DNA of 64,000 bases, from contig MU054323.1 in the NCBI GenBank assembly GCA_013239625.1, forward strand, positions 13,997,950 through 14,061,949, given 5' to 3'. Under the pieces are notes generated by a model. That model did not search any database, was not told the DNA's origin, and saw only the letters and a list, made by a program, of their open reading frames with translations. The position numbers and the translations under genes were made by a program. Shown here piece by piece: positions 1 to 13,199 of the stretch. Source of the DNA: Lama guanicoe. Lineage: Eukaryota. Numbering within the stretch: the stretch's first letter is position 1; each line of letters starts with the position of its first letter.

Positions 1-399
1 ACATAGCAATCACAGCTGAAATGGTGGTGAATTCACTAGGGTGCAGCAACCCTATGAGATCTGGCCAAAAAGCATCATCCAGGCATTTATTTTAGAATTG
101 TGCCAACTGGCTTAGAACTTGAGTGTAATAGTATGTTAGATATGGGAGAGATCAGTGTGTGTGGACTTAGAGACAGATTAACTTGTGGACTTTGAAGGAG
201 GAGAATTTGAATAGATGGAGACAAAAATCATGTCTTACTGGATTGAGGGGAGCGTGAATAAAGATATTAGGAAAGATCAGTAAGAAAATATTTGGAAAGA
301 GATACTACTGTATTATGAACCGTATAATTGGGGTAGTCAGTCAGGTTGGATAAAAAAGATGAAGGTGAAGATACTAGATTGGAAGCAGGAGGTGGAAAA

Positions 400-1100
400 C
401 AGGGAACTGCGTCATGTTCTTGAAATAGGAACTTGCATACTTAATGGGCTGTTCTGGGATGATCAATCCATTTTTGTTTGGTACAATGAATAATGATGAA
501 GCAGGGAGATCAGCTGCAAAGTGTATAGTTGATATTGACTAAGACTCCAGTTATGAAACTGGTGTATGAATGGAGAGAAAGGAGACATTTTAAGAGACGT
601 TTTATTGATATAGTGACAGACTGGATTCAGAGGATGAGGCAAAGGGAAAATTTAAAGATGCCTTCAAGATTTCTGGTTTGGGAAGTAAAAAGAATGTTGC
701 AGCTACTAACAGCAAGAAATAGTAAAGAAAGGGAATTTATTTTAGGAAAAAAAAAGATTTTCCTTAGTCATTCAATGTGACATGATGTTAACGCTGAGGA
801 GGATATCCATGAGGAGACATCTCATGGGCCATTCAGAAAGTGAGGTAAGAAGAGTTTGATCTGGGAAACATTGATGAGCAGGGGCATCTTACGCCATCTG
901 ATTTGGGGTGAACACAGTAGCATGAATGAGAACAGTAAAGGCAGACGTTCAACGTTGGAGGCTTGTGAAATCGCCTCATTTAGGTGCTAAAAAAAACAAC
1001 CTTGGAAACACAGGAGACCAAGGAGTGATCAGAGATGTAGGAGAAGAACCAGGAGAGAGGGATGTCAGTGACCCCAGGGAAGGAGAAGGAGTCAAGAAGC
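400..1100 (-). mobile_element. L2 LINE remnant
   Basis: Purine-rich L2 antisense pattern (aagatgccttcaagatttctggtttggg; gtaggagaagaaccaggagagagggatgtc). Confidence 0.7.
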
Positions 1101-1106
1101 TGTGTA

Positions 1107-1261
1107 CCACTCTGCAGAGCCCACTCTTTAAAGAGATGTGTGCTATATGTTCCACCTCCTAAGGGGCAGAGTGTTTCATAAATTATTTGGAATTCTTCTG
1201 CATAAGAGATTTGTCTCCTTTCTCCCATTTATTCATTTATTAAATCATTTATTTATTAAAA
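1107..1261 (+). mobile_element. TSD-flanked insert composed of antisense L1MC-type sequence with short A tail
   Basis: Direct repeat aagaagctgtgta at 1094-1106 and 1262-1274. The interior is homologous, in reverse orientation, to ~35850-35990. Confidence 0.7.
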
Positions 1262-2759
1262 AAGAAGCTGTGTAGATCAGTAATTTTTTAATAAAAATAC
1301 AGAATCAACAGTAAGAATTTAGAAGAAATATACCATTGGATATGATAGTAATGTAACCAGTAGAATTTGGGGGAAATAATTCAGATTGAATAAATTAATC
1401 ACACTATATTTATCATTATCAGTAGATAGGTGTATTGTATGTAAAATTCTACATTAACATTTTTTTACTATTGTAAATGTACAATGCTAGAAAGTAAGTC
1501 GCCTACAAAGTAATTTGTAGAATTCATCCTGAAAACTGCTGAAATAATTATGACCTTTAGAAATTTTACCCATTAGGATGAAGTTGAAGTTTGGAAAAGT
1601 TAAAATATTTATAGGAAGAGTGAAATTTAATAATTAAATTGCAAAATATTTAAGTATCGCCAAATCAAAATGGAAAAAAAAGAGAGCACTTGCAGTCACC
1701 CTAAAGGAGCTGTGATCTTGCAAGCACTTGGTGCTGAGAAAACTTTAGCACTGGTATATTTAACCAGAGTTTTACCAATTCATCATGCATTTTTAAATTT
1801 TTCTTGAATTCTTGCTTTATTGCTAGAGAGATTTGTATGAAAGAAGGATACTTTTAAAAGTTTCATCAATTTCTCCTGTTCGTTCCCTTACCTGAAGTTA
1901 TAATCATACTTCCATAGGAATAAATTATATCCTTCATAAAAGATTACAGCTTTGGGAGGATAATTAGATGCCAGAAAATGAGGTTTTTAAAACAAGGATC
2001 TTGTTTATAATGTCAAGTATTTGTGGAAAATGCATTGAGTTGTGCTGAAAAGGTGCCCCAAAATGTGACATGATCATGTGAATGATTGCTAAATTCTGCT
2101 GAAGAGATTTCTGGCACCTTTAAGATTTTTCTACTGTGCCGTGGATTTTCAAATAATAGGGTAACTCTTCCCAACCCCTGTCATAGAAAATTCACATGAG
2201 GCGATATTTCTTTTCTAGCTTACACTGCTTCTATAACTTTATGTAGCTTTCACTACTACTGCTACAGAGACTTCATTTGTATCACAAGGACCTGGGATGC
2301 CAAGTGTGAGCAAGTGAAATGTGCCTGCATGATACTAATTCTGACTAATTTGTATGATTATCAGAGCTAAGTAATGTTGCAGTTACCTTAACCTACAGTC
2401 TAGAGGCAAGAATTCCATAAAATTACTGAGGAAACAATTGTTCGGGATTTCCAAGGGAACTCACTTTTCTCCAGCCCAGGATCTTCTGTCCACCTGGGAA
2501 TAGAAATTCCTTACATGTGCCAATCTTCTGAGCCATAAAAAGTAAAACTCTAAAGTAGCACAGATGGATTTATGTCTCCAGTGCTGTTTAGCACAGTGCC
2601 TGGCACACTGAAGATCATGTGTGTTTATGTGTGTTGAATGAATTAAATAAAAAGGAGGATCAGAATGTTGTTAGGATTGTTCCTGAGAGCAGACTACATT
2701 TTGTTCTGTGTCTACAGGAAAAACCTTTCCTCTACCAAACTTTCTCAAGATAGGAAGGA

Positions 2760-3395
2760 ACCGTATAAGCTAGTGCTTCTACAGTTTGGCAGCATGGGAG
2801 TTTTCCAGCGTGTTTGTATGTCTTCCACACTGCCAGTTCTGGTTAGATGGTTACCTGGAAGGGTTTCTAAGCTGGTGTTTATGAGCTCTTCCTCTGCGGA
2901 ACACTGACTATCCTTTATTTAAACTCACCTGATGTAGAAGAGTCTTCCCGTAATGCTCTTCCTCCCTACTGTGCCTATTCCTCTGAGATGGAGGCCACAG
3001 GGCATATTTCAGTATGAATATGCCTTGTGTGGTTTGGCTTCCAAGATTGTGAGTATGGAGGAAAAACATGCCAGAAGATTAACAATCATCTTTTTTACTT
3101 TCTTTATTAAAAATTATATGACAAAATCCTTTTCATCAAAGAGGCAAAAGATATTCAGCCAGAGAATATAGGAAAACAATATTTTAGACAAGCGTTAATA
3201 AATGACATGTTAGTTTTCTGCATATTGCAGTTTGTCAGTTTTTTTAAATTTGTGATTTGTTTGAGACTTCTTTATTCATTTAAAATATTTGTTTGAATGT
3301 TTAGTTTTGTATTTATAATTTTGAATTGTTTTTCTTAAAAAGGGCTACCTAAATTGTACAGGCTTCAGGCAGTACAAAATTTGTTTCCTGTCCCA
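2760..3395. mobile_element. hAT-Tip100 DNA transposon fossil (MER115/Zaphod-like)
   Basis: Terminal-like aaagggctacctaaattgtacaggcttcaggcagtacaaaa, and an internal hairpin cagggcatatt...aatatgccttg. Confidence 0.5.
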
Positions 3396-6300
3396 CTGGA
3401 CCTCATGCTTGAATTTCTTTAATAAAAAGAGCCTACCTAGCACCATTTTTGTTGATGGGAAAGGAACATGGGTAAGAGTTCTTGGCATTTCCCTTGTATC
3501 CACCCAAGAGAAACAAGAAACCCTTTATGCAATCAGTATCCCGGGGCAATGAACGCTAAGTCACCTCCAGTGAGAGGACAGAAGAAGCAAAAAAAATATT
3601 TCTAGGGAAGGTTTGAAGGTTCTCTGGTATCTCAGATATGGTTCAAAAGTGCTGAATTTTAGTGAAAATTTTTGAATTATTATTCCTGACCTGCTGATGA
3701 GCTGTGGGACCTTGGGAAAATCACTTCACTTTGCCAAGCTTCAGTGATCTCTCTCACTTTCAAATGTGGTTTTTATCTTTGCTTATTTCACAAAGATCTT
3801 CAGATCAAATGAGATGGTATATGTCACAATACAATGACATAAGTAAAGGTGTATTGGTTTGAATTGTTACTGATATATCTTACTTTTTAGTAGGGACAAA
3901 ACACATTGTGTAATGGAGTAGGAAGGTACCTCATCTACCTCTCTAAAATGTTCTAAACAATTATGGATGCTGGAATGACAGTTGAGGAAGATTAGGAGTT
4001 GGGTGACATGTAACCAAAGAGATGAGTCATCAGTCGGATTCTAGCATCAATTTACCTTAAATTTTACTTGTGAATGTATCTCACCTAGTCCGTCAGCAGG
4101 CTAGTGTCTAGCAACAATCATCTAATTATTTTTTTATACTTAAAAATTACAGTAATTATGTATTTCTTGGTGACTGTGTTATTCAGAACTGTTGTTACAC
4201 ACAACAGACCATATCAAATAATGCAAAATGGGAAACTAGTCTTATCTTTGCTGTTGTTTTTAGGACCAGTTGCATAATTCATGAAGAAATACCATCATAG
4301 GTGGCCATATTGTAGAGTAGAAAGATCATTCTGCTAGAAATAAGAAAATTCCATTTAGTTACAACTTTTAAAAAGGCAATGCACACTTAAGATAGTCTTG
4401 TTTTATACTTTTTCTGAGTTTTTGGTTCTTTATTGGTAAAATTATATCACCCCAATTTAACCAAAAATATTATGAAGATCAAATAATAAGAAAAGGATAT
4501 TGAAGGATTTTGCCAAGCATATAAAGCCTATCCAAGTAAACAGTGATATTATTTGCTAAAAACTCCTAATGAGGAGGCAGTTAAATAAAGTAACTACAAG
4601 ATTGAGAAATGAAGCAATGAGCAGATGTAGAATCTACTAATTTGATAATTCTTAGAGCCGTTAGCTTGTCATATATACAAATGCACACACATAATAAAAA
4701 TAAATGAAAAACACTCCTTTCATCTAAAATTGCCCTTTCCTTTTCTGGATAATCTTCTAATGACAATCTGGAAACTACCAGTTCCATGTAAGGGGATTGT
4801 TTGAAGCATTTAATCGATCTCTTATAAAATGTGTCTGCTGCTCTTTTCTTGTAGCTGAAAAAAGGAGGTGCTGAATACATTTTGCCCCTTTTCTGATTCT
4901 CAGTCACTGGCAAGGATTCTGGACCACAGCATCCCACAATGCACTGGTGATAATTTTCCTTCCAGACAAATATCAGCTAACTGCAGTATACAATCAGCTG
5001 CCCACACTGGAAGAAACAAATCAGAAAACTGCTGTTCCATAATCACAGAATTGAAAGAACTGCATAAATGAAATGACAGGTTATTAATTCTGGTTTGGAA
5101 AGCATGAATAGGACTTTTGATGAAGTTTAATTTTCTTTTGGCTCTCCAGGAATGGATAAATCATTTAAAATAAAAATAGATGTAGTATAAAACACTCATT
5201 TTTCTCAATATTTATTATTAGGGGAAAAGTGTTTTTTTAATGATGAAAAATAATGATGAAGTGTTCACATGAATGCTTCAAAATAGCACACAATTCATTC
5301 TCTGATGCCTCACTAAGCTCTAGATTTGAAAACTATTTAGCATAATATAAGTAAGCCTCTAGTATATAAAATTTTGATTGAAAAGATACGATATTTCATT
5401 AAGTGCTGTCATACATCACTATTGTTACCAAATGAGGCTTGGAGGTACCTCCAAGTTACTTTTCTACTGACTTGATTTTGTCTCCAACCTGAGCTGAATA
5501 TAGCCTTTATGATACATATCAGCTATCATATGTTGCAGAAGAGATACTATATAGATATAGTTACAGTATATATTCATATGTTTTATAGCATTTATAAGAT
5601 GTACATTCATATGGATAAGAATATTTTTTATCAGCAATTTCATTATAAAACTTCAGCAGTGTAAGAATAATTATTAATTTTTAATAGTCTTGCAACTGAA
5701 AAAGTATTTATAGTTCTATGAATTACTCTATGCAGAATGCTGTGACAGTAAGCTAGAAAAAGGGGGAAAAAGAGGAGAAAGCATTTTGGAAATGTACCCT
5801 AGAGTCTATCTAGAGTGTGTAAAGAAGAAAGTTAAAGAGAGCTTTTATTTTGTTTTTGCAAATTCTTTTCTCCATTTGTGAGATAATGAGCATTATTTCT
5901 ATTTTTTTTTCTGAGATTGGCAAATTCACCTTGAAAAAAATGTAGAAAATAACAGGAGAAAGACGTGTGTACATTACCACTGCATTTTAATTCGGACTTC
6001 ACATAATCATATCTGTCTTGACTTACATTTCCTGCAAAGTATGTTAGGGCCAAGGAGCCAATAGGACCATTCTGTATCAATTACTTTAGAATTTAGTGGT
6101 TACTGAGCACACAGGTAATTACATCTGATGGCTTAGTGAATAAGTTAATTTACCTAGAGAAAACTACTAACATAAATCTACAACTTCCCTCCATTTTCAC
6201 CAAACCTGGACATTTACTGTGGAATGATGCTTTCACCTAACATCATCTTCAAATGTTCCTTCTTCCCCAGAGCCTCAGAATGATGCCTTATACCTTGGAC

Positions 6301-7014
6301 ATCAGTAGCACTGTGGCCATCAGTATAGCAGAAGTGACTTGTTTCCAGATCCTTGTGTGTAACTGGCTATCACACTGGGCTCCCCAGGTAATCACTCCTT
6401 ATCCATATCCTTAAGAATTTACAGTTACTAAGAATCCCAAAGAATAGAAGTCCAACTTAAGACAAACATTTGGATCTTCTGCTAATTTTTAATTATGTTT
6501 TTAATTATGTTTTAATACTTTGGGGGAAATATTTGAAACATGGAATCATATACCTGTCCAAAAATAGATCCTGAGGAATATCTTATTGAGCTATCTTATT
6601 TTACAGTCCTGTCTGAAACCTGGCACTAAAGTTTTGGTTTTTTAACTATTGTTATTCACAAACTGGAAGCACTTTCTGCTTCATCAGAGGTTGACACTTG
6701 AATGTACTTTTGGAGCAGACTGTCCCTTGTTTGGGGGGAGAAAACACACCTGAATATATGCTTTCAGACCTATCTTATACAGAGGTACCCCTCAATTTTC
6801 CTTAAAGAAAACTATTTTAATACTGCAGCTCTTGTAGCCTGAGATTCCAAATGAAAATTGGTAAAGCAAATCCTATGGAAGGCTGAGGCAGAGCTTTGGC
6901 TATAAAAATTTTGAGGGGATTGTGTGGAGAGATTTCCTTCTCCTGGTACATATAGCTTGTGTCCCTAAATATTGCCCTGCAAATTTTGGGTAGAGACATA
7001 TGTCTGTGTAAGTA

Positions 7015-7051
7015 AGAGACAGAGACAGAGAGGGAGAGAGAGAGAGAGAGA
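7015..7051. repeat. (GA)n-rich simple repeat
   Basis: Directly visible. Confidence 0.9.
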
Positions 7052-7349
7052 TCTTTTGTTTGAGCAGCTCTCCATCTGAAATAGGAGGGCATGAGATGGA
7101 AAATCAGCAGGAAAGGGTTTTCAGGGTTGATAACTGACATTCATCTATGAGAAAGCAAGACTATGAGAAAAGACCAACCTTTGTTTGGCTTAGCTTAAAA
7201 TGGATTGGCCAATGGATATTATACTTAGCCTGCCACATAAGAACATATAACCCAATATTATGATTATATTCTACATAATTGTTGTTTAGGATTTAGTAAA
7301 GAGTAAATCCACCTTGTGATGGGTATTAATGATCAAGGTAATGATCATT

Positions 7350-7500
7350 AATACCTACTGAGCACTTATTACATGACAAACAGTATTCTAGATGCTTTTT
7401 ATATGTTAACTGTTACTTGTGTAATAACTCTGTGAGTTAGGAACAGTTACTATGTCCATTGTACAGATAAGGAAACAGGCTTACAGAGAGAACTTTCTCA
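7350..7500 (-). mobile_element. MIR SINE
   Basis: ctgagcacttatta...ccattgtacagataaggaaacaggcttacagag (core). Confidence 0.75.
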
Positions 7501-7938
7501 TAGCTCTAGAGAGAGATTACAATTGGGGAGGCAGCTGCACTTTAATGGGTGATGAAACCAAGTTGTATGTTGTGTTTTCTCTGCATTACCAAGGAGGGTA
7601 ATCATGATAGCACTTAAGAAGGCCTCTCTCAGTGGGCTTCCCACCAGGCATAGGGAACTGAAAAATTCATAATAGCAGCCCACTGGTGAACAGGTTAGCC
7701 AAAAGCATATGCTATATAGAACTCACCCACATCTGACTAGAATTCTGTTAGTCAGGTAAGACTTTATTTGGCACCGTTAACTTGTCTCCATCCCTTTTGC
7801 TTGAAATTCACATTTCCTGGTTTGCTATACTGTTCTCTAAATCCATTATAATGTGTTGATTGGTAACATTCCCAAACATCAGACTATCCTTAGTGCTGTT
7901 ATATTAATACAAAAATAGTTTTGAGTAAACATAAGGGG

Positions 7939-7941
<3 letters not shown>

Positions 7942-7978
<37 letters not shown>
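7942..7978. repeat. (TG)n microsatellite, ~18 units
   Basis: Perfect TG run. Confidence 0.97.
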
Positions 7979-7980
<2 letters not shown>

Positions 7981-8014
7981 ATCACTGGTATTTAGCTTTT
8001 TAAAAAAGAATTTT

Positions 8015-9010
8015 AATTCAAGTGGTGAGAATAGACATCCTTGTCTTATTCCTGATCTCAAAGAGTAAGTGTGACTATTCATTAAATAAGATATTTGCAG
8101 TAGGTTTTTTGTAAATACCCTAAGAAATGTCCCTTCCATTTTTCAGTTTTCCAGTATTTTCCTTTCAAATCATGAATCAGTATTAACTTTCATTAAACTT
8201 TTTTCTACATTTATCGAGATGATACAGTGTTTTTCTTTATTCAATAGGCAGAGCACAGTGATTTTCTAATATTGAACCAACATTGCATTTCTAAATTAAG
8301 TGCTACTTTGTCATGATATATTGCATTTCTTATTGAAATAGTTTTGCTAATTAATATTTTGCTCAGAATTATTTGCATCTATGTTCATGAGTGAGCTTGG
8401 TCTATGTTTTTCTTTTGTTGTACTTGTTTTTTTTGTGTGTGGTTTGGTATCAAGGTTATGATGGCCCCACAAAGAATTGAAGAGTGCCCTTTTTCTATTC
8501 TCTGGAAGAGTGTATGTAACATTGATTTTATTTCCTCCTTACATGTTTGGCAGAATTTATTGGTGAAAACTTACAGGTCTGGAGTTTTCTTCATGCAGTG
8601 ATGATACAGTTGAGCCTTCTATTAACAGAAGGGAAAAATAATGCCGGGGAAAGAGTGATATATTTAGTACTGGCAGTCCTAGATACTTCTCTTAACCTTA
8701 TGTGCCTGAAATGATTGAGAATGTCTTTTATAGTTAAAGATATACTATCTAGGTTTTTCTGTTTTTTTCTTTTTTAGTTTTATGAATTGTGGTTTATAGG
8801 AACTGTTTTATTCATTTAAAATTTTACTTATCAACAAAGTTGTTTATATTATACTCTGTTTTAATGTGTGATCTATATTGATGTTTCCTTGTTAATCTTG
8901 ATATCGGTTATTTGGCTTTCTTCTTTTTATCTTGATCAAGTCTCATTGGAGGTTCATCAAAGTTATTAATTTCTTTCAAAAATCAACTTCTGGCTCTGTT
9001 GCTATTCTCT
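8015..9010 (-). mobile_element. Ancient L1 ORF2 fragment
   Basis: The minus-strand peptide LRSGIRQGCLFSPL is an RT motif; ggtatcaaggttatgatggcc is typical antisense L1 ORF2. Confidence 0.85.
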
Positions 9011-11049
9011 ACAGCAGTGTCTCAGTGAATTCACCAAAACTTAGAGGGTCTTGCTTTGTAATGTGACCAAGGAGGCAGTGTGCCAGACATGGCCCAAAGT
9101 TAGAGAGTCACTAGGTTACAAAGAACCAATATCAATGAAGATGTCAGAGGAAGCCCAGAGAAGTTAGATATTAGAGATCCTTTCTCTGAATATCACATGG
9201 GTTGTTGAGAGCTTAATGTAATACTGGACTGGAGAGGGAACTTCAGTAATGGCTGAAGTGGAACTTTCCTTCCATCCCAGAAATGCAAGGTTGAAGTTTG
9301 AATCGTGTTGGTGTAATCAAAGTTTTCATGGACTTGGCTTCATATCCTCTCATTTTAGGTTTCCCACATAGGCGAATCACTTCAAAGAGAAGGGCCAGGT
9401 TCTCAGGAGTTGTGCTACACTGTACTAAACAGCTTACTGCGTTGTTTCCCCACTGCTCACTTCTGAACAGTTACAGTTTCACAGCCTAGAAGGGGTTATT
9501 TTATAAATAAGTAAGTTGTGTCTGTGTGTGGTGTGTGTGTAAGATAGGGATTTGATTATAATTTTTAATTAGTCCAACTTCAGGTTTACATATCTCAAAG
9601 GAACACTACAGGTATTGGCAATTAATGTTTGCAAATCACCTTGAGATCCTTGAGGAAGAGAGATGCTATATAAATGAATAGTAGGTAATGAAAATAATAA
9701 TACAAGTACTTATATTCCCAAGCCAGTTGCCTGAATTAGGTCTTGAAGTCTAAGGAAAGCTGTACAAAATGCAGCTATCTAAATAAGAAAATATTTTCAC
9801 ACCCCTCAAGTCATAATGGAAAATATCTGTGAAATGTATAATGTAAACATAATACATGATTGTGATTTATAATTCATTTATGAATGCTTATGATTTAGAT
9901 AACTATTTCACTATTTGTATACAGTTATTAGATCAAAAACTAAAGACTGTAATCATTTCTTTGTGATGATATTATGTGGAAGCTAATTGGAAGTTGTTTC
10001 AACATAATTGCTAAATGTTGTTCAATAATAAATTATTATTCTATTAGTAATATAAGACTTGTCAATGGCATAATAGATATTTCTGCAAATATTTTCATAA
10101 ATAATTCATTAAAAAGGCAAAAAAAGCATAAAATGCCCTCAAACCATAAAAGAAATTACTTTCTCCCCACCTGAGTACTTTTGATTTTCCTTCAATATTA
10201 AAGGTCGTTGGTCATATGCCCCTGACAACATCCCTTCACTTATGGCACTGCCCAAGAGGTGAGGGGGAGGAAGAATATACCTGTTTACTTTATATATGCC
10301 ATTAAACACCACCATTTTGTATTACGGTCAGTTGATTTCTGAAAGTTCTGAAAATGACATCAAACTTCACAGAACAAATAAAAATCAGCCATTCGCATAA
10401 TTATGCAAAGTAAGTTAGGGAATTGGGTCTTTATTAAATAAGGCCTTTAGGACCTAGAAAATAAAAGAAAGAGCCATTCTGTTAGAGATGAACCTGTATT
10501 ACTCTCTAATTTCGCAATTTTCTACATTTTCTACTTAGCCAATTTTATAATAAGAAAATACTTTAATTTTGTTTTTATAGGTTGGCTGCCCCCGCCCCAC
10601 ACCCATACACACAACAAGAATATAAACTCTGGAGCAATTTTTTTTTATTTTGTCTTTCTTGTGTATCACTCCGAACACTCTTTTAAGTTTACGTACCATG
10701 TAATAAATACAAGATCTCCCACCTCTGGAGAGTTTCTTGTTAAATATTTGATGGGATACTCCTTGTTGAAATAGAAAAGAAAATAGAGGGTTACTTGACA
10801 ACAGATAAGTTGTGGTAAATCATAATACAGAATAATATAATGACTTTTTCTTCTATGCTGATATCAGAATAGGAAGAGGAAGTATGCCTTAAATATTGGC
10901 AAATTTAATAAAGAGCAATGAAATATCCTTATGGCCTTTAAAGTATTTTCACATAGACAGTATACTTTACCTCAAGTCCTGGCAGTATGTGTCTCAGTTC
11001 CAGCAGAGTAACAGAATGGAAGGAAAAGTTTGAACAAGTGAGAATGATA

Positions 11050-12070
11050 TTGTTGGAATAAGAAAGTTTAGATTCTACTTCCACTTGTTAATGATAGTTT
11101 GCAGACTAAAAGATTTATGCTGAGGTTGAGGATTGGAAAAAACATAGTTGAAGAATTCTCTAAGCAGTTGAAAATGTGGCTGGATTTGGGTAGAGCTGAA
11201 GTTCCAAAGATGAGGTTTTAGAAACATCTATATAATTTATAGTTAAGGTTTAAGAGTGGATGTGGCCACAAATTCAGAGAGAAAGAATGCTTATTTCAGA
11301 AAGTTGGGAGAAATTCCATCATTTAGCAAATGAAAGAATATTAGAAATTTTCGAAAAAGCTAACCAATGAAATATAATTAAAATAGGAAGGAATCTTGGT
11401 TAGTTCAGAGCCACACATATACACATGCACACAAAGCAATAGAATGGTCCAGAGGGGAATATTAACTGTCATATCTGTCAGGAGTCAAAGGTAGATGATA
11501 GAAGAATAACAACTGATTTGGAAATTCAGTCTTTTTTTTTTAACATTTTTTATTGATTTATAATCATTTTACAATGTTGTGTCAAATTCCAGTGTTCAGC
11601 ACAATTTTTCAGTCATTCATGGACATATACACACTCATTGTCACATTTTTTGGAAATTCAGTCTTAAGATAGCAGTTTCATTCAATGGGAAGAATGGAAA
11701 CTAAATTATAGGATTTACTAATGGGTGAGTGCTTTCGGGCACTGAATGAGATTAATTTAAAAAAAATCTGAGTAGATAAAGGAGAGAAATAGGAGACTCT
11801 CATGAAAGAGTAAGAGAGTTTATTTTTATGTGTATTTTACTGTTTATTTTAAAATGGAGGGACAAGTATATTTATGGGTAGAAGGAATCCAATGAAGAAG
11901 TAAAGTAGTAAAAACTAAGACATATAATTGAGTGAAGGAAATAAAGAGGTAAGGGGAAAGGGTAAAATTATACAGAGAGATTTGGAAGTCAGGGGATGTC
12001 AAATTTGATATATTCAGTGTTATGGTTTTGGTCTCAGTCAAATAGGAAATGAGGCCATACACTGAGATAA
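11050..12070 (-). mobile_element. L2 remnant (host of the short L1)
   Basis: gcagttgaaaatgtggctgg, gcagtttcattcaatgg...gaaactaaattatagg. Confidence 0.5.
11532..11648 (-). mobile_element. Very short 5'-truncated young L1 3' end with perfect TSD, inserted in an L2 remnant
   Basis: TSD tttggaaattcagtc(tt) starts at 11517 and 11649. A T-tail is present, and the sense-strand target reads TT/AAGA. Confidence 0.93.
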
Positions 12071-12089
12071 GATAGGGTCACTGTCTTAG

Positions 12090-12545
12090 AGTGAATATAC
12101 TGCTAATTTTGGAACCTGATGAACTTAGTTTCATTTCTAGGCTTTGCCACTTATTTTACAACTTTTGAAATGTTACTTCCCATCACTGAATATACTCCCT
12201 TGAAAATGGGAATAATGACACCAGTCTTGAAGAGTTATCTTAAATTTTGAGATAGTAGTAGCTAACATTTATTGAGTACTTTCTACCTGCTAGGCCCCAT
12301 TTTAAAAACTTTATGTAGAGGAACTCATTTATTTGTTAAATCAACCTTTTGAGGTGGGTGCTATCATTATTCCAGTTTTGCACAAGGAAACTGAGGTATC
12401 CAGAGAAGAAGTAACTTTCATAAGTTCACAGTTAATAAGAAGCAGAGCTAGGATTTAAACCCAGGCAGGTAGTTTATATTACCTCTGTAATTATCTAAAC
12501 GAGCTTAGCACAGTTCTGGACATATAGGAGATTCAATAACTAGGG
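12090..12545. mobile_element. Minus-strand MIR (~12255-12470) nested within a plus-strand MIR
   Basis: The plus core ...tgaaaatgggaataatgaca resumes as gcttagcacagttctggacatatagg, around an antisense copy gctaacatttattgag...ggaaactgagg...ggatttaaacccaggcag. Confidence 0.65.
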
Positions 12546-13199
12546 CTTGTAATTAATGCTAACCTTATGAAATTCAGGGCTTATAAAATATGTTTCTAAT
12601 TTTATACTAAATTAAACCCAATAGAAAATCATCCAATGAGGAATTAAACATTTTCTTAACACCATAGGTCAATACTGAGACCATACCTGAGGTTAGATAT
12701 ATATATGCTTTATGTAGACATGGATTAGGACCCAAATATGTCTTATAGTGCCCTAGATGAGTGACTTTATTTTCTCTTTAAATATGTTTAATTCCTGTAA
12801 TGAATCCATCTCAATAATGTTAATCAATTTAGATAAACTGAAACAATAGGAATTTCTCTCAGTTCATTAAGGTATTCTTCCCTAATCTCTTTTTCCTGAG
12901 GATTTACAGAGTATTAAGATGTTGTTTAAGGAACATTGAAAGACTGATCTTTACTAATCATCAGGTTAAACTAGTATCACAGAGATGTACACCATCTTGG
13001 ATTCTTGGTCTCACCCCATCCCACTATTCTGGAACTCTGGTATCTGCTTCTGTATTCACTTCCTCATTCAAACCCAGCATTTTTTATTTTCAGTGGGAAA
13101 TGAGTAATTTTGAATACCTAGTACAAATAGATGAGCTCTCCAAATATATTAACAAACAGACCTTTGGCTCTTGAAGGATTAAATAGCTGACAGTAAAAA

